Positions 14,221 through 27,635 of a stretch of 64,000 nt of DNA are shown here, piece by piece (within the stretch, counting starts at the first letter, position 1; the number at the start of each line of letters is the position of its first letter). Made by a program: the position numbers and the translations under genes. Under the pieces are notes generated by a model. That model made no database searches, was not told the origin of the DNA, and worked only from the letters and a program-made list of their open reading frames with translations. The DNA comes from Nageia nagi (Eukaryota; Plantae; Pinophyta). Location of the stretch: assembly GCA_050084985.1 (NCBI GenBank), contig JBITNC010000001.1:42532001-42596000 (forward strand). The letters run 5' to 3'.

Positions 14221-14732
14221 AGTATGTTGTAAGTACATTTCATCAAACTTCAGAATTCGAGTTCAAAATTCCAAAATTCAATCTTTCTGATGAAATGCAC
14301 ACTCCTAGGGCATTTTCTGCAAAGACACTACCGCATTTCCAAAAATGCGCTCACATTTCCTAAAAGTGTTGACCTAGAGCGTATTTTGCATTTCAGTCTG
14401 ATAGTTCACAATAGTGAGGGGCGAATTGTCAAGTCATTTTTTGCATTTTCAGTTGGCTTTTTGCTCATTTTTCATTTTGTTTCTTTCAGTTAAGCTTCGG
14501 GATGTATAAATAAATAATCTGGACTTGTTCTTCGTTTGGATTGTGGTGTAGATTGGTATAACTTAGAGATTGCATCCATACTTGTAATGCAAACTATTTT
14601 ACTAAATATCATAGTAAAATTTTCTTCAATAAATCATCAATTCAGTCCCAATTTCATTTTGTTTTATGTGTTGATGAATGTATGGTGAATGTTAATGCAT
14701 TGTTCATTATAAGTTTATGGTAATAAACTTCA

Positions 14733-14885
14733 CCAAAGATAACACTGCAATCTAGGTGGTTTACAACTTTACATCATGGAAGAATATATAGGTCACTTCT
14801 TGCAACATTATTTTTTGATGATTTGAAATTTCTTGCTAATAGAGTGGAATTTGGAGGAGTTGTAGCTTACATCAGGAAAAATAAA
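14733..14885 (+). other. Continuation of PPR-snippet array A
   Basis: Colinear with 19772-19915 of array B (AAAGATAACACTGCAAT...GCTTACATCAGGAAA). Confidence 0.75.
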
Positions 14886-15130
14886 GGGAAACTTACCAAA
14901 ATACTTTTGTAAGTTCATGAAATCATCAAAATACTCTTCAATCTTTGCAAATTACCAAAATACCTTTATAAGTTCATGAAATTTCCAAAATACCTCTGTA
15001 AGTTCATGAAATTATCAAAATACCCTTCAATATTTAGAAATTACCAAAATACATTTATAAGTTCATGAAATTACCAAAATACCCCTATAAGTTCATAAAA
15101 ATCACCAAAATACCTTTAAATTTTATGAAT
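14886..15130 (+). repeat. ~29-30-bp tandem repeat (AAATTACCAAAATACCYTTRTAAGTTCATG), about 8 units; resembles a Mutator/foldback-type terminus
   Basis: Repeated (A/T)CCAAAATAC core starting after GGGAAA at 14886, followed by an AT-rich tract. No partner TIR was found, so the family call is tentative. Confidence 0.6.
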
Positions 15131-15434
15131 AAAAAAATGAAAAATATTTTAATACTCTTGTATAAAATAATGATTGCAATATTTCATTCTATTTATTTAT
15201 TATTTACAAAATTGAATACTTTTAATTTATTGTAATAAAAATTCATTGCAAAATTTACGTTTTACATACCAATTGAATCTAAAAAACCATAAAATCATAT
15301 TAACATACATTTCTTTAAAGAATTATAATTTAAAAAAATATTTTATTTATTTATTATTTAAACAATAACTCTTCAATTTTATTTTTTTCTGAATGAAAAA
15401 GACCCTTCAATTAATATAAAATCTCTTTCATACA

Positions 15435-17510
15435 AAAAAGGGGGCGGGTGGAATTAAGCATACTCTGTGAGAAAGAACAACAAATAAACAAAAAAGTATC
15501 CCTTTTAAACTAACTCTAGGTTAGGAATTCATTTCGGAGGAACCTGATTGATGGAGCAGGGTGCATTCCCTCAATAATCAAGTAAGTTTTGCAGATGGGA
15601 AATCTCCACGTTCACTTCTTCAACTTAAATAATAATTTGCAGCCTGCATTCGTAGAAAATAGCATATTTGTCCGCTAAAGAAAAGGAAAATGAAGCTTTT
15701 TGCCAAGCAAAAATAATATCATTCTTGACCTTCCAAAGATGATATAAAATATTGAGCTAAAAAATATACCAAATTTTCCCCAAGGGTTCAGAGAATTGAA
15801 TAGGTTCTCCTAATAACACATGAACCCAGGAACATAAAAGGTCGAAAGAAGGAAAGAATCCAACTCAAGCGGTTGAGGCTTTAAAACAAGACCAGACTGG
15901 GTTGGCCACCCCCAAATATTGAAGCCCGTGGCCAATAGGTAAGCCTTGATAGGCTCAATGCAAAAAACCTTATTTAGGGTCAAGGTATCGGGCCTAGATT
16001 ATAGAAAATCATAAACTCCATTTAGATTAGGTGAAAACAAGATCCCAACGATTGTTCAGAAGCTCAAACATAGGGACATTAGAAGATGATCAAAGATAGC
16101 CTAATTTGGGTTTAAACTTTTGAAGATGGATATTCTTAGGCCAACGTCAATTATCCCACCAGGGCTTTTAAAAATATCATCTCAGTTTCCTCCAAACGAA
16201 AAATGGGGTTTTGTCAAGGATGACTCAAAGGTAGCTTTATCATATGCTTGCAAATTGAACTTGTTGCAAAATTGCTCCCAAGGCAACCAATGCTTGGTCT
16301 GAAAATAAAAAAAATATTGGAAAGAGTTAATTCCTTTCCTATGAAAGTGAAGGGCTCTAAGCCACTGAATATTTTCCAAAGGCAATCCATCAAAGTTGAG
16401 AACAAGAGAAGCTTGAAAGGCAAAGGAAATACTAAGAAATTTAAACACCTCACCAAGCTGAATCCATTTCCAAGGAAAGAGGCTAAGTCATTGAGGCATA
16501 GGTGTTGATGCCTGTCTGAAGTAGGAGGTTTTCTGCCATTGAATACTGGAGCCAGACGCATACCAAAAAATATTCAAACACTCTAAAGCCGATCAAACAG
16601 ATTGTTCATCTTCAAGAAGAGTTAAAAAAGAGTCATCAACAAAATGGCCATTAATGAGTTGCAAGGGGGAGTTAGGCAAAGCAATTCCCTAAATCACACT
16701 CTGTTGGGCTTTATGTGGCAAAAGATAATCGAAAGCCTTAGCAGTTAAAATAGACAGGTAAGGGGCTAAAGGGCAACCTTGATGGACAGAGCGAGCAAGG
16801 GTAATGGGAGGGGATTGAACACCATTCATAGTAAGAACAATAGAGGCATTTCGAATCAACATTTAGACCGACTGAAGAAAAACAAGGCCAAACCCAAGTG
16901 CCGGGAGCATGGATAAGATAAAGTGCCATTCAATCCTATGATAGACTTTTTCAAAATCATTTTTAATAAACAAAGCTTCTTGATCAAAGACCCTTGCCCA
17001 TTCCATGCCTTCCCAGACAACAATAACATAATTTAAGATATAACGACCCTTTACAAAACCTGTTTGCTCTGGACGAACAATCAAAGGAAGCAATGATCTA
17101 AGGTTAAGAGCTAAAGCTTTGGCAATAATTTTATAGCTCATATTTAACAAAGTTATAGGTCTCCAATTGGTAATGATCTCAGGGTCTCCTTGCTTTGGAA
17201 TGAACTTATTGCTTTTATTAATTAATTGTCCTAAAGAGCCAACGGTTATGCTTCCTTGTACACTCGAAGGAGATCAGAGCCAACAAAATCCCAAAATTCT
17301 TTGTAAAACTCACAAGAAAATCCATTAATTCCAGGAGCTTTCTCATCAACCATGTGGGAAAGAGCAGTCTTATGATCCTCAAGAGAAAGAGGATGATCAC
17401 AAATATCCCTTTGAACTTCAGAAAGTTTTAGAGGTATAACAAAGCAGCACTCCTTAACGGTGTTTGGCCGAGCATCAATAAAAAGTTGAGTAGAAAAAAC
17501 TTGCCAATTC
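15435..17510 (-). mobile_element. L1-clade LINE ORF2 fragment (reverse transcriptase), decayed
   Basis: KAPGINGFSCEFYKEFW, WRPITLLNMSYKIIAKALA, EQTGFVKGR, DFEKVYHRIEW and LINGHFVDDS. Confidence 0.9.
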
Positions 17511-17783
17511 ATGTAAGAATTATGTTTATTTCAATTTATATAAAAATATTTATTTATTTCAAAAAAATATTTTATAAATTTATTGGATCATTTTAATAAT
17601 ATTATTATTTTTTTTTACTTTCTAACGACTATAATTTTATGTAATTAAAAAAATTACTAAAAATTTACATTAAAAAAATTTAAACAAATTAATTGAAATG
17701 TTAAAGGCTTAAAGAATTTTTTTCATTATTTTATTTTTTATAAAAGTATTAAAAATATTTTTTATTTTTTAATTCATAAAAAA

Positions 17784-20434
17784 ATATCGATGAGAGGATT
17801 GACTCCAAAACAGGGGATTCTGCATCGTTTTGTTTGGAGGAGTTTGTATATTTTAGCAAATCATCATGGAGAAATGAATGGATGGAGTGTAGCTTCAGAT
17901 CGGAGCATGAAGGAGTACTGGAGACCAGAGCAGGGGAGGAAGAAGGCTTCAGCAAAACAAAACCAGGTCGGCTCCCTCCTTTTTCTTTTGGAATTCACGT
18001 TTAATCATGCTTCTGTGCATATCCATTTTGATCCTTTGTAGAATGCAGACCATTTTTATATGTATGAAAATTAGTTCTGTAATATCGTTATAATTCACAG
18101 ATGGGTAATATATATTCTGTTTATTCTGTGATCAATGCAAGCAATGTGACTGTCTTCATACACTCAAATCTGCTGAGACAAGTCTCAATGCATACTTGCT
18201 TACTACAAATACTGATACACTTCTTTTGCAGTATGGCAGTCTTTGTAAATTTGAAGCCTTTTCACAACTCTGTTAATAGTTTAAAGGGGAGTCTGTTAAG
18301 TTTCACTTGACAGTTACTTCAATATACATGAGTTATGGCAATTAATTCGCAGACCTTTACATTGAAATTGTTTTTTTTTGAGTTCATAATATTTAAGTTT
18401 TTTTTGCTAGTGTTCTCTAAAACGTTTTCCCAACGTCTGGGAATTTATTACAATCACTCCAATCCACGGATTTTTGACAAAGAGTTTAGCTTTACACTAA
18501 TTTTTGCATCTGCTTAAAAATCTAGAGTTTTCTCAGAAAACCATTTTGTGTTTATTTAAATATCTCCGAAACATATGGTCTCTACAAGAAAACACAAAAT
18601 ATTTACCTTCGCTGTACGCACAATATTTCAAATCAAAATACACCGCCAAAATAGCCTTAACAACATTATTAGAAAAATAATAACGAGTGGCCGGTGTTAT
18701 GTACTTAAGAAATAAAAAAATTGAACGCATCTATTAAGTATTCTGGGTTATATATATATATATACACACACACATAATAATGTACCATGTTTTATTGCGA
18801 CATAAGATCAAAGGTGAAGAGCGAATCAGTTGGTTTTACTTTGGAATAACTTTTTGGGTATATGCTTTCGACCCTGCCAGAGTATTCTGCATCTGCGTAT
18901 GCAAAATCCCATGTGTTTTGTTATTGGGTGAAAGTCTAAGTTGTTTACCCGTCCATAGTCATGTGATGTTGTATCTGGTTTGAAAACCAGAGTTCCGTAT
19001 TTCCTCCTGAGCAACTTTGTAATAATAAAAATTGCATTATGAATGATAGAGAAATTAAACGTCTACTGTGTTGATCATTATCTTACCAATGTGACAATAC
19101 TTCCTCTGTCGAGCAGAACTTCCCTTTGGCTGGCCATGTATCAATTCATGAAGCAGAAATTATCTCATGGAATTCAATGATTATAGACATGTATACCAAG
19201 TTTGGGAACGTCCTGAAGACCCGTGTACTGTTTTGACAAAATGCTGCACAAAGACACCATCAAGTTTATAGGCTATGGCCAGAATGGGCTTTCGCTCGAA
19301 TGTTTGTGACGAATGTTCTGATAGACATGTCTGCTACTTTTGGGAACAGGGAAATATCTGAGTCATAGAGCATTCTTAAATAAAATCTTGCATGGTCCTT
19401 TTGAGCTCCCTGATTCAAGCAAACATAAACACGATAGAGCAGGGGAGATGGCGATACAAAGAATAGATGGGAATTGGACATCACTATAAATAGAGTCAGT
19501 AGATCTAATATATGAGATTTGTATGAATAAATAAATAAAAACAAAAAACAACATTTTAGCTGTGTTTCAATAAATTCTCGTCTTATACAGTGTGACTTAA
19601 AAATCAGATTTTTTTAGCTGTATTTCAATAAATTCTCGTCGTAAACAAAATGGCTAAAAAAACAGTTTTGAAGCTCTATTTCAACAAAATTCTTCTCCTT
19701 TAGAGTATAGCTAAAAGAAGTAACCAACAATATTCATAGCTTGCTCTATCTCAAACGTGATTATGCAGAAAACCAAAGATAACACTGCAATATGGGTAGT
19801 TTACATCATGGAAGAATATACGGGTCACTTCCCTGCAACATTTTTTTCATATGATTTGAAAGTTTTTGCTAATCTAGTGGACTTCGAAGGAGTTTTAGCT
19901 TACATCAGGAAAGATAAATATGAAACGAGTGACAAAATAGATAAGGGCAGTGGCCATTATTCCTACAGAGGATTATCCAACGAAGCATACATTTGAAACA
20001 ATTATCTTGAGAACAGCTTTTTTCATGACCAAATCAAAAGGAAAGATGTCATTGTAACCTATTTTGGCGGACCTATCGCACAAATTTAACATCTTTGGCG
20101 GATTGAGATTTAAAATGAGAACACGAAATTTTAAATCGCAATTTTTTGTTTTGTTCTTTCCCATCAAAATTCACAAAGCGTCTGTAGCCGCTTTTTACTT
20201 TTTTTGTTTTGTTTTTTTTTTTTTATAATAAGGGTATATTTACCAAAACATGGGTTTTAAATCAGAACCTAAAATCGATCACAAAAATGGTTTGTAAAAC
20301 AAAAAACCACTACCAGTTATACTTGGTGGTAGCTAAAAGAGATTAAAGCATCATTAGAAACACAAACAAAATTTGGCCAGAATACATGTCAAACTAATTA
20401 TTACATTACAGCCTACATATGACCACAAAATATA
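17784..20434 (+). other. PPR-snippet mosaic array B (paralog of A with swapped and inserted segments)
   Basis: Colinear with A from 17784. Contains IISWNSMI joined to IDMYTKFGN 19183-19209, FDKM 19232-19243, GYGQNG 19271-19288, plus GLSNEA, LENS and IKRKDVI near 19970-20055. Confidence 0.8.
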
Positions 20435-22640
20435 GACTCTACCATAAGCTTTTTGCATATCCAGTTTGATAATCATGACCTCCTCCTTAGAAGTTTTGAT
20501 GGAATGTAAGGTTTTATACATCAAGATAATGCCATCGGGTATTTCTCTATCTCTTGCAAATCCATCATGCTCAACATATATGATTTTAGAGAGAACTTCA
20601 CCCATTCTATTTGCTAATAATTTTGTGATGATTTTGTAAATAGTGTTACAGAGGCCTATTGGTCTAAAATTCTTCAGGTTATTTGCCCCTTAAACTTTAG
20701 GAATGAGGGTAAAAAAAAGTGGTGTTCCAGCTCTTTAAGAGTGTCTTATGTCTTTGAAATTCTTGGATAGCCTTCACAACGTCATCCCCAACAATATCCC
20801 AAAAGTGATGAAATAATCTTGCCGAAAAACCATCAGGTACTAGTTTTTATCTTTATCCATCATGAACACCGTTGAGGTAATCTCATCTTCAAAAAAGGGG
20901 CTAGTAATTTTAGGTTGTCTTCTTCTATAATTAGGGGGTATGTTTTCAAGAAGCTCTCTGATAGCGTTTTGATCCTCTTCACCATATTTTGTGAGCAGAT
21001 TTTTATAAAAGGAAACTAACATGTCTTTGATTTTGGCTTCATTTTCTGTTACACTTTTATCATCCCTTTCCAGCGTGCATATTTTATTGAAGGCTCTTGT
21101 TCTTAAAGTTGATAGCTTAAAAAATTTTATATTTCGACCCCCTTCTTTAATGCAGGATATTTTGGATTTTTATTTCCAGAAGATTTCTTCTCTTTTCAGA
21201 ACAGCTTGATATTGGTCTCTCATGGAGTTTTCTTTTGCAGCAGTTTCCTAAGATCTTCCTTCTTTCTGGATAGTGGTTTCAATGAAATCAAGTTCTCTTT
21301 TTATTTCTTCCTTCTCCTTGTCGATGTGCTTGAAGCTGTTTATGCTCCAAAATTTCAAATTTTCTTTCACTATACTAAGTTTCTTTTGAAGCTGGAACAT
21401 TTTTGTCCCCTTTATCTTCGTGTTCCAACATTCATCAATTTTCTCTTCCAATTGTGGGTAAGTCATATAACTTCAAATATAAAAGGGGCACACTTTTTAA
21501 CATATGGGGATGCTTGCAGTAACAAGGGAATGTGATCTAAATCAATTTTAGTTTGGTTGAGTAATGCGTAGTCAGGGAACTTATCAAGCTAAGAGGAAGA
21601 GCATACTTCTTTGTCAAACTTAGTTTGAATTAGATCTTCTTCCATATGCATATTGTTGCAAGTAAACTCTGCTCCTGTCAGATCCAAATCAATTAATTAT
21701 TAGTATTTGATTTTTGAAGGAATTTTATTCATTTATTTGATGACATTCTTCTTGTTTTTCCAACTCTTACCCTTTTGAACTATCTTCCATTCATTGTGTC
21801 CATTTTTGTTCTCATTGTCAGATTTTGTGTGGACTCTTTTTTCATCATCTCTGTTTTTTTTTTTTCGGACAATCTTTAGCATAGTGATTAAAGCTTTTAC
21901 AAATATCATATTGCATTGAAAGGTTTTCATAATATATCAGTTGAATCCATGCTTGTCCATATTCGGTTTTTAATTTAACTTCTCTCCTTAGGGGCTTAGT
22001 AATATCCAAGTTAACAATGAGTCTAGCATCCATGAATTTCTATTTCAGATGCATGGCTCTTTCAATTGTTACCAGTGAGCCAATTACTTTGGCTACTCCT
22101 GCTATAACACTGGGATGCCAACAGGATGGGTGTAGCCCTGGTAATGAGACCTAGGTAGGTATGAGATTGAAATTTTCTATTTCTAACGAAAAGCTCTTAT
22201 CCCATCTCTTGATTACAAGCCCCTTTTTTCCAAGGAACCAAGGTTCGAGCTCCATAACTATATGAAGATCTTCTTCGAAATGAAATTTGTAAATCATGAA
22301 TTTCTTAGGAAGTGCAATTAGGGAAACTGTCCCTTTAATACTCCATTTATCACAAATCCAGCTTTGGATAAGTTCAATCAAAGGTCTTATTCCTATGAAT
22401 CTATTAACTAGGGCATTTTTCAAATTGCTTTCTCCTAGTTCAGTAATGTTTTTCGGGATAGTGATACTAATTGCTTGGTGAAATCAAGCTCTAGGACCTC
22501 GCTTATGATCGTATCTACAAATGATTTTTCCTGTAACAACATGCTTCACCATTCCTGTAAAGGCTTTGGGTCAGGTCTCATTCTAGCTTTATTCGCTATG
22601 TTGCCTTGGTCATTGGGCTACATCTCACCCTAAATCGTCG
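20435..22640 (-). mobile_element. L1 LINE (ORF1, end of endonuclease, 5' half of RT), internally deleted and 3'-truncated
   Basis: ORF1 DUF4283-like segment (22151-22423), zinc knuckle ARLIVNLDITKPL...CKSFNHYAKDC, and RT FRPIGLCNTIYKIITK...IKLDMQKAYGRV. Confidence 0.9.
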
Positions 22641-23690
22641 TGCGTCAAGACCAAATTTCACCCAGATTGTAACACCTGTTATCTTGCACTAGCATTGAAA
22701 GAACTTTTGCAGAATATTTGGTTGCAACATTTTACTTTTTGTTGTAATTTATTTTTAAGTATTTCACTTTTGAAACTTGATTAAGGTTGATTTGTACAAA
22801 AATTATACATCCCCTTCTTTTTCTTATATTTTGGTTAACTTAAATAGCTTCAAGTTATTTTCAAGTATGTGTTTTAGGATGACACTAGTGGTAAGCACAT
22901 TCAACTCGACCAAAAACCCCTTCAAAGGAACGATTTCAAATGTTGTAAGGCCATCGGAAGATTTTATATATATACTTTAGACATTATATATAATAGAAAA
23001 ATATTTTAAAATATTAGTTACTAATCATAATAGAAATAATTATGATAGAAAATAAAATATATAATTTTTGACATGATTTATATAAGTTAGAATATAGGTT
23101 GAGATATGTAAATTAGTTTTTATATACCTCTTTCTATATGAAAAAAGGTGAGAGATATTATTCTTCACACATCTATCTCATTTCTTGGTATCTGTTTTAA
23201 TGTTAATTTATTAACTTATATATTAATTTATTTATGTTATATATTAATTAACGTCAAGAGGTTCACATGCGATATTTTATCTCTCCACTCCAACCTTGCT
23301 GCAACTAAGGAACGCTTATCGACATTAATGAGTTACTATGATTCAATTTTTTTTTTTGATATACAAATATTTTTAATCTACAAATTATCTTATAAAAATA
23401 GTTTAATTTTAATTATTTTTTATTTTAATTCTTTTTCTTGTATTATGATAGTTATATTCATGGAAATTTAATTAATCAATAATTTACTAATAAGTTAAAT
23501 AGAAATATTTCATATATCTTTTAATTATAGAAAAGGGATGGGGTTAAGGTGAGGAGCATTTTCATGTCTAGCTCATAAGTTAATAATATATAAAATTGAA
23601 AAATCAAGCTATTCTTCTCTACAGTAGAAATGTCATCATTGATACCAACATATCTAAAAATTCTACTTGGTATTAATAATTTCATAATAA
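22641..23690 (+). other. PPR-snippet mosaic, continuing B after the L1
   Basis: VDLY, NYT(F)P, FKLFSSM 22849-22869, GKHI 22890-22901, QEVH, SNLAA, GTLID and RNVI. The AT-rich part is more decayed. Confidence 0.65.
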
Positions 23691-24545
23691 CTATAGTATT
23701 ATTGTAGTATTTCCTTATAACCTTGGAATAAAATTGAGCAAATTCAAAAATAATTTATCCTTTATGATTTTAGAATTAAAAACAATATACCATATCCTAT
23801 ACTTCTCATGGAAGTTGGGTTGCTTCCTATTGATATTGAATTCGTAAAATAATATATATTATATAATTATAAGCCTTCGAGGCATAGATCACCTTTGACT
23901 GCTTGTAGTCATCGAACAAACTTTTGCATCTCATTAATGTCTTAGAAGAAGTTGGTTGAAAGACTTTGATAAATGGATTGATTAACCCCTCCTAATAGTG
24001 ATAAATTAGAAGTGCAAATTGCAAATAAAGTAATTCAAATTGTTTAGATAGATGACAATACTAGAGATAAAAGAAAGCTCTCTTACTATATAAATATCAT
24101 TAATCCAAAACTTGAACATTCTTCATAACCACATAAGATTTTTAATTTCAAAAAGAAACTTGCAATTACAAAATTAAGAACTAATTCACACAAGCTTCAT
24201 AGTGGAATTAGTAGATAGATAATACTAAAAATATATTTGGATAAAAGAATTTGTAAATTTTGGAACTTAAATACCATAAAATATGAGACTCATTTTCTCT
24301 TTTGTTTTTTCCCACTCTATAAACATATAAGAAAAACCTACAAAGGTATGTGCGATTAAAGCTCAATCCATGAATTCTTAAACCAATACAATCAAAATAA
24401 GATTGACAATTTTATTATATAGCTTACTTATATAAGAAATAATCATCCAAATACTCAATTGATATATTTTTTTCTTATTTGGATAAATTTTGATAGGTCC
24501 TACAAACCTTTGGGTTTAAAAGGATAATAAAAGACTATAATATTA
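23691..24545 (+). mobile_element. 5'-truncated RTE-type LINE 3' end
   Basis: WNKIEQIQK...YPILLMEVGLLPI and KLRTNSHKLHS...RICKF...ETHFL (C-terminal zinc-finger region). Clade assignment from recall. Confidence 0.7.
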
Positions 24546-24549
24546 TTAT

Positions 24550-26725
24550 CATAATAGGTCCTATATATAGCTAAATTTGAATACCAAATGAATGATTTAG
24601 AATTCTAACTACCCCAATAAATATAAGACTTATTTTGCTCACTCATTTGAAGTGATGACAAAGAAAGGTGCATATAGATACATGGATGAAGTCATGAGGC
24701 GTGGATAACCACTCTACCTAGATGAAGTAGAGTGCTACAATTCCATCATAGCACTAGTGCTTAATAAAGTCCCTTCTTTCTTCCAACATGCCTCTTCTTG
24801 ATCTTCTTTATCCATACCTTTAAGATAACCAACTTCCTTTATCCCCTCTACATTCTAATATATCATAAATCACACTCCATTAGGATTTTATCTCATCATA
24901 AATTCTATCAAATCTAACTCTATCTTAGGTATGCCTATAACAAATAAGATAATATTTATTCATTTAAATCCATTTTCTACATAAAATTCAAATTTTGATT
25001 TGCAATTTAAATTTTGTTATGGTTTATCTACATATGGAGAAATGGAATTCCTCATGATTGTTCTTGGAAACCTTGTTGTGAAAGGAAATGCTTTGCTAAT
25101 ATGAATGAAAATTTTGCCAAGTAAGATCAAAATTTTGGTCGGACAAAAGTAGAGAAGAGGAGGTAGATGCAAATTTAGACGCCATCTTACAATTATGATC
25201 ACTTTACTCTTTCATATAAAGTGATAAGCATTAATGTTTAATTATTTTTCTTTCTAATTGAATCATGGTACATGTGAAATATGAGTAAAGATCCATCTGA
25301 AGTATCTACAGGAAGACTAATACAAATATTAATTTTATTTGAATAATCTCCCTTTGAGATGAAGTCTATAGAAAAGAAAAGGAATGAATTTATAGGTGAG
25401 AACAAACTAGAGCAAAGGAGGTATATGTAAATTTAAATGTTACCTTACAATTATTATCACCTTACTCTTTCATAAAAATGTTAGCAAACATAACACTCAA
25501 GATTTTTGAATGCCACTCAAATATACTTCAACGATAACCAAGGTTTCGTGGGAATGTAAATCGTCAAACCGTGATGAAAATACCATTCAAATTCATAGGT
25601 ATTTCCTCTAATTTCCTATTTATTTTGCAACATACATTTCAAATATATATCTTTAGAATAGCTTTTTTCATGACCAAATCAAAAGGAAATATATCATTGT
25701 AACCAATTTTGTGCATAATCCACATTGCTATGATGTTATGAAGAGACAAACATTAATATCTTTGGTGGATTGCAATTTAAAATGAAAATACGAATACTCC
25801 ATCTTACTTCAAAACCTATCAAATTTGATGATGATGGCATCAAAATCTTAGTTTAAGTAAACAACTAGATGAGGAAGAAACTATAAAAAAATTAGCAATA
25901 TTCAACTTTATTCAATATGATTTTAAGAGGCATAAAATTAAGATGCACGATTATGAGTCCTCTACTCTATTAATGATATAATTAAAATAAATTTAAATTG
26001 ATTACTTATAGTGTACTTATTAACAAAGTTGATAATTTAATGCTTAATTAATGGACCAAATATGTTCTATGAATAGAAAACTATATGATAATAACCCTCA
26101 TAACCATTAGAATGCGCTCAAGTATTGTGTCCTCTCCCAAGTAGTGGCAAGTACATTCAACTCATTCAAAAAAACCCTTCAAAAGGAACGATTTCAAAGG
26201 TTGAAAGACTATTGGAAGATTTTATATATACTTATTATATTTAATAGAAAAATATTTTAAAATATCAATTACTATTTATAATACATATATTTATGATAGA
26301 AAATAAAATATATAGTTTATGACATGATTTATATAAATTAGAATGTAGTTGGAGATATGTAAATGAGTTAGTATGATTCAAAATTTATTTGATATACAAA
26401 TATTTGTTATGTACAAATTATGATTTTATAAAAATAATTTAATTTTTATCATTTTTTTACTTTAATTATTTTTCTTGTATTATGATAGTCATGTTCATAG
26501 AAATTTAATTAATTAATATTTTACTAATTAATTAAATTGAAATATTTCATCTATCTTTTAATTATAGAAAAGGGATGGGGTTAAGGTAAGGAGCATTTTC
26601 ATGTCTAGCTCATAAGTTAATAATATATAAAATTGTAAATTAATTTATTTCCTCTACAATAGAGATGCCATCGTTGATACCAATATATCAAAAAATTCTA
26701 CTTGATATTAATAATTTCAAAATAA
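24550..26725 (+). other. PPR-snippet mosaic F (24770-24960 is an unrelated unclassified insert; 26140-26725 duplicates 22885-23690)
   Basis: FEVMTK, VMRRG, CYNSIIA, GNALL 25084-25098, DHFT 25197-25208, NMSKD, EFIGE, QIHRY 25588-25602, FNMILRG and RKLYD. Confidence 0.7.
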
Positions 26726-27410
26726 TTATGGTATTACTTTATAGTTGTGAAGTCTAGGGTGGAAGTATTTCTTGACAAATTTAGAATAAAATTGAGCAAA
26801 TTCAAAAATAATTTATCCTTTATAATTTCACAATAAAAAATAAAATATCATATCCTATACTTTTCATGGAAGTTGGGTTGATTCCTATTGAAAATGAAGC
26901 CTTAAAATAATATATATTATACAATTATAAGCTTTTGAAGTTAAATCACCTTCGATTACTTATAGTCATCAGGAAAATCTTTTCTATCTCATCAACATCT
27001 TCAAAGAGGTTGGTTAAAAGACTTCGATAAATGGCTAAATTTACCTCTTCTAATAGTAAAACTTAAGAAGTACAAATTGTAAATAAAGTAATTCAATTTT
27101 TTTTGGAATGATGATAACATCAAAGATAAAAGGAAACTCTTTTACTATATAAATATTGTTAATAAAAAACTTGAACATCCTTCATAACCACATAACGTTT
27201 TAAATTTTAAAAAGAAACTTGCAATTACAAATTAAGAACTAATTCACACAAATTTCATAATGAAACTGGTAGATGGATAATACTAAAAACATCTTAGGAT
27301 AATAGAATTTGTAAATTTTGTAACCTAAATGCCATGGAATATGATACTCGTTTTCACTTTTTTTCTTCCCAATCTACAAAAATATGAGAAACTTACCAAC
27401 GTTATGCATA
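26726..27410 (+). mobile_element. Second copy of the RTE-type LINE fragment; remainder at ~30408-30610
   Basis: Colinear with 23691-24350 (VLLYSCEV*GGSIS...KIEQIQK; KLRTNSH...ETGRW). 30408-31040 continues the alignment to 24340-24985. Confidence 0.75.
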
Positions 27411-27534
27411 ATAAATGATGGAATTTTTTTTTTTTAAAATATGGTGAATCAGATTCAAAGTTAGTAGATGAGAATTTATAACTTATAAGTGAAGAGCTTC
27501 TTCTATCCTTCAAAGATGAGAATCTACAAAATGA

Positions 27535-27635
27535 TGAGCATAAGAAATCTCCCTAAATGAGCGTAAGCAATGCTCCTTAAACGAGCATCTTAAGATATCT
27601 CCCTAGACAAGCATAAGCAATCCTTCCTAGATGAT
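27535..27635 (+). repeat. ~24-bp tandem repeat, about 4 units
   Basis: Recurrent AGCATAAG(C/A)AATCTCCCTA(A/G)A(T/C)G. Confidence 0.6.

Larger units (their letters stand above)
9306..14732 (+). mobile_element. Full-length but inactivated Ty1/copia LTR retrotransposon
   Basis: LTRs 9306-9807 and 14225-14732 (TGTTG...CTTCA), PBS TGGTATCGGAGC 9810-9821 (tRNA-iMet type), PPT AAGGGGGAG before 14225. Flanks TCACA/CCAAA form a degenerate 5-bp TSD, judged against the empty paralogous site near 19770. Confidence 0.95.

Noticed and set aside
18865-18885. tasiARF-like sequence suggesting TAS3
   Set aside because: Only 14/21 identity, degraded in copy A, out of 21-nt phase with the miR390-like site, and better explained as a PPR ARV(L)F snippet.
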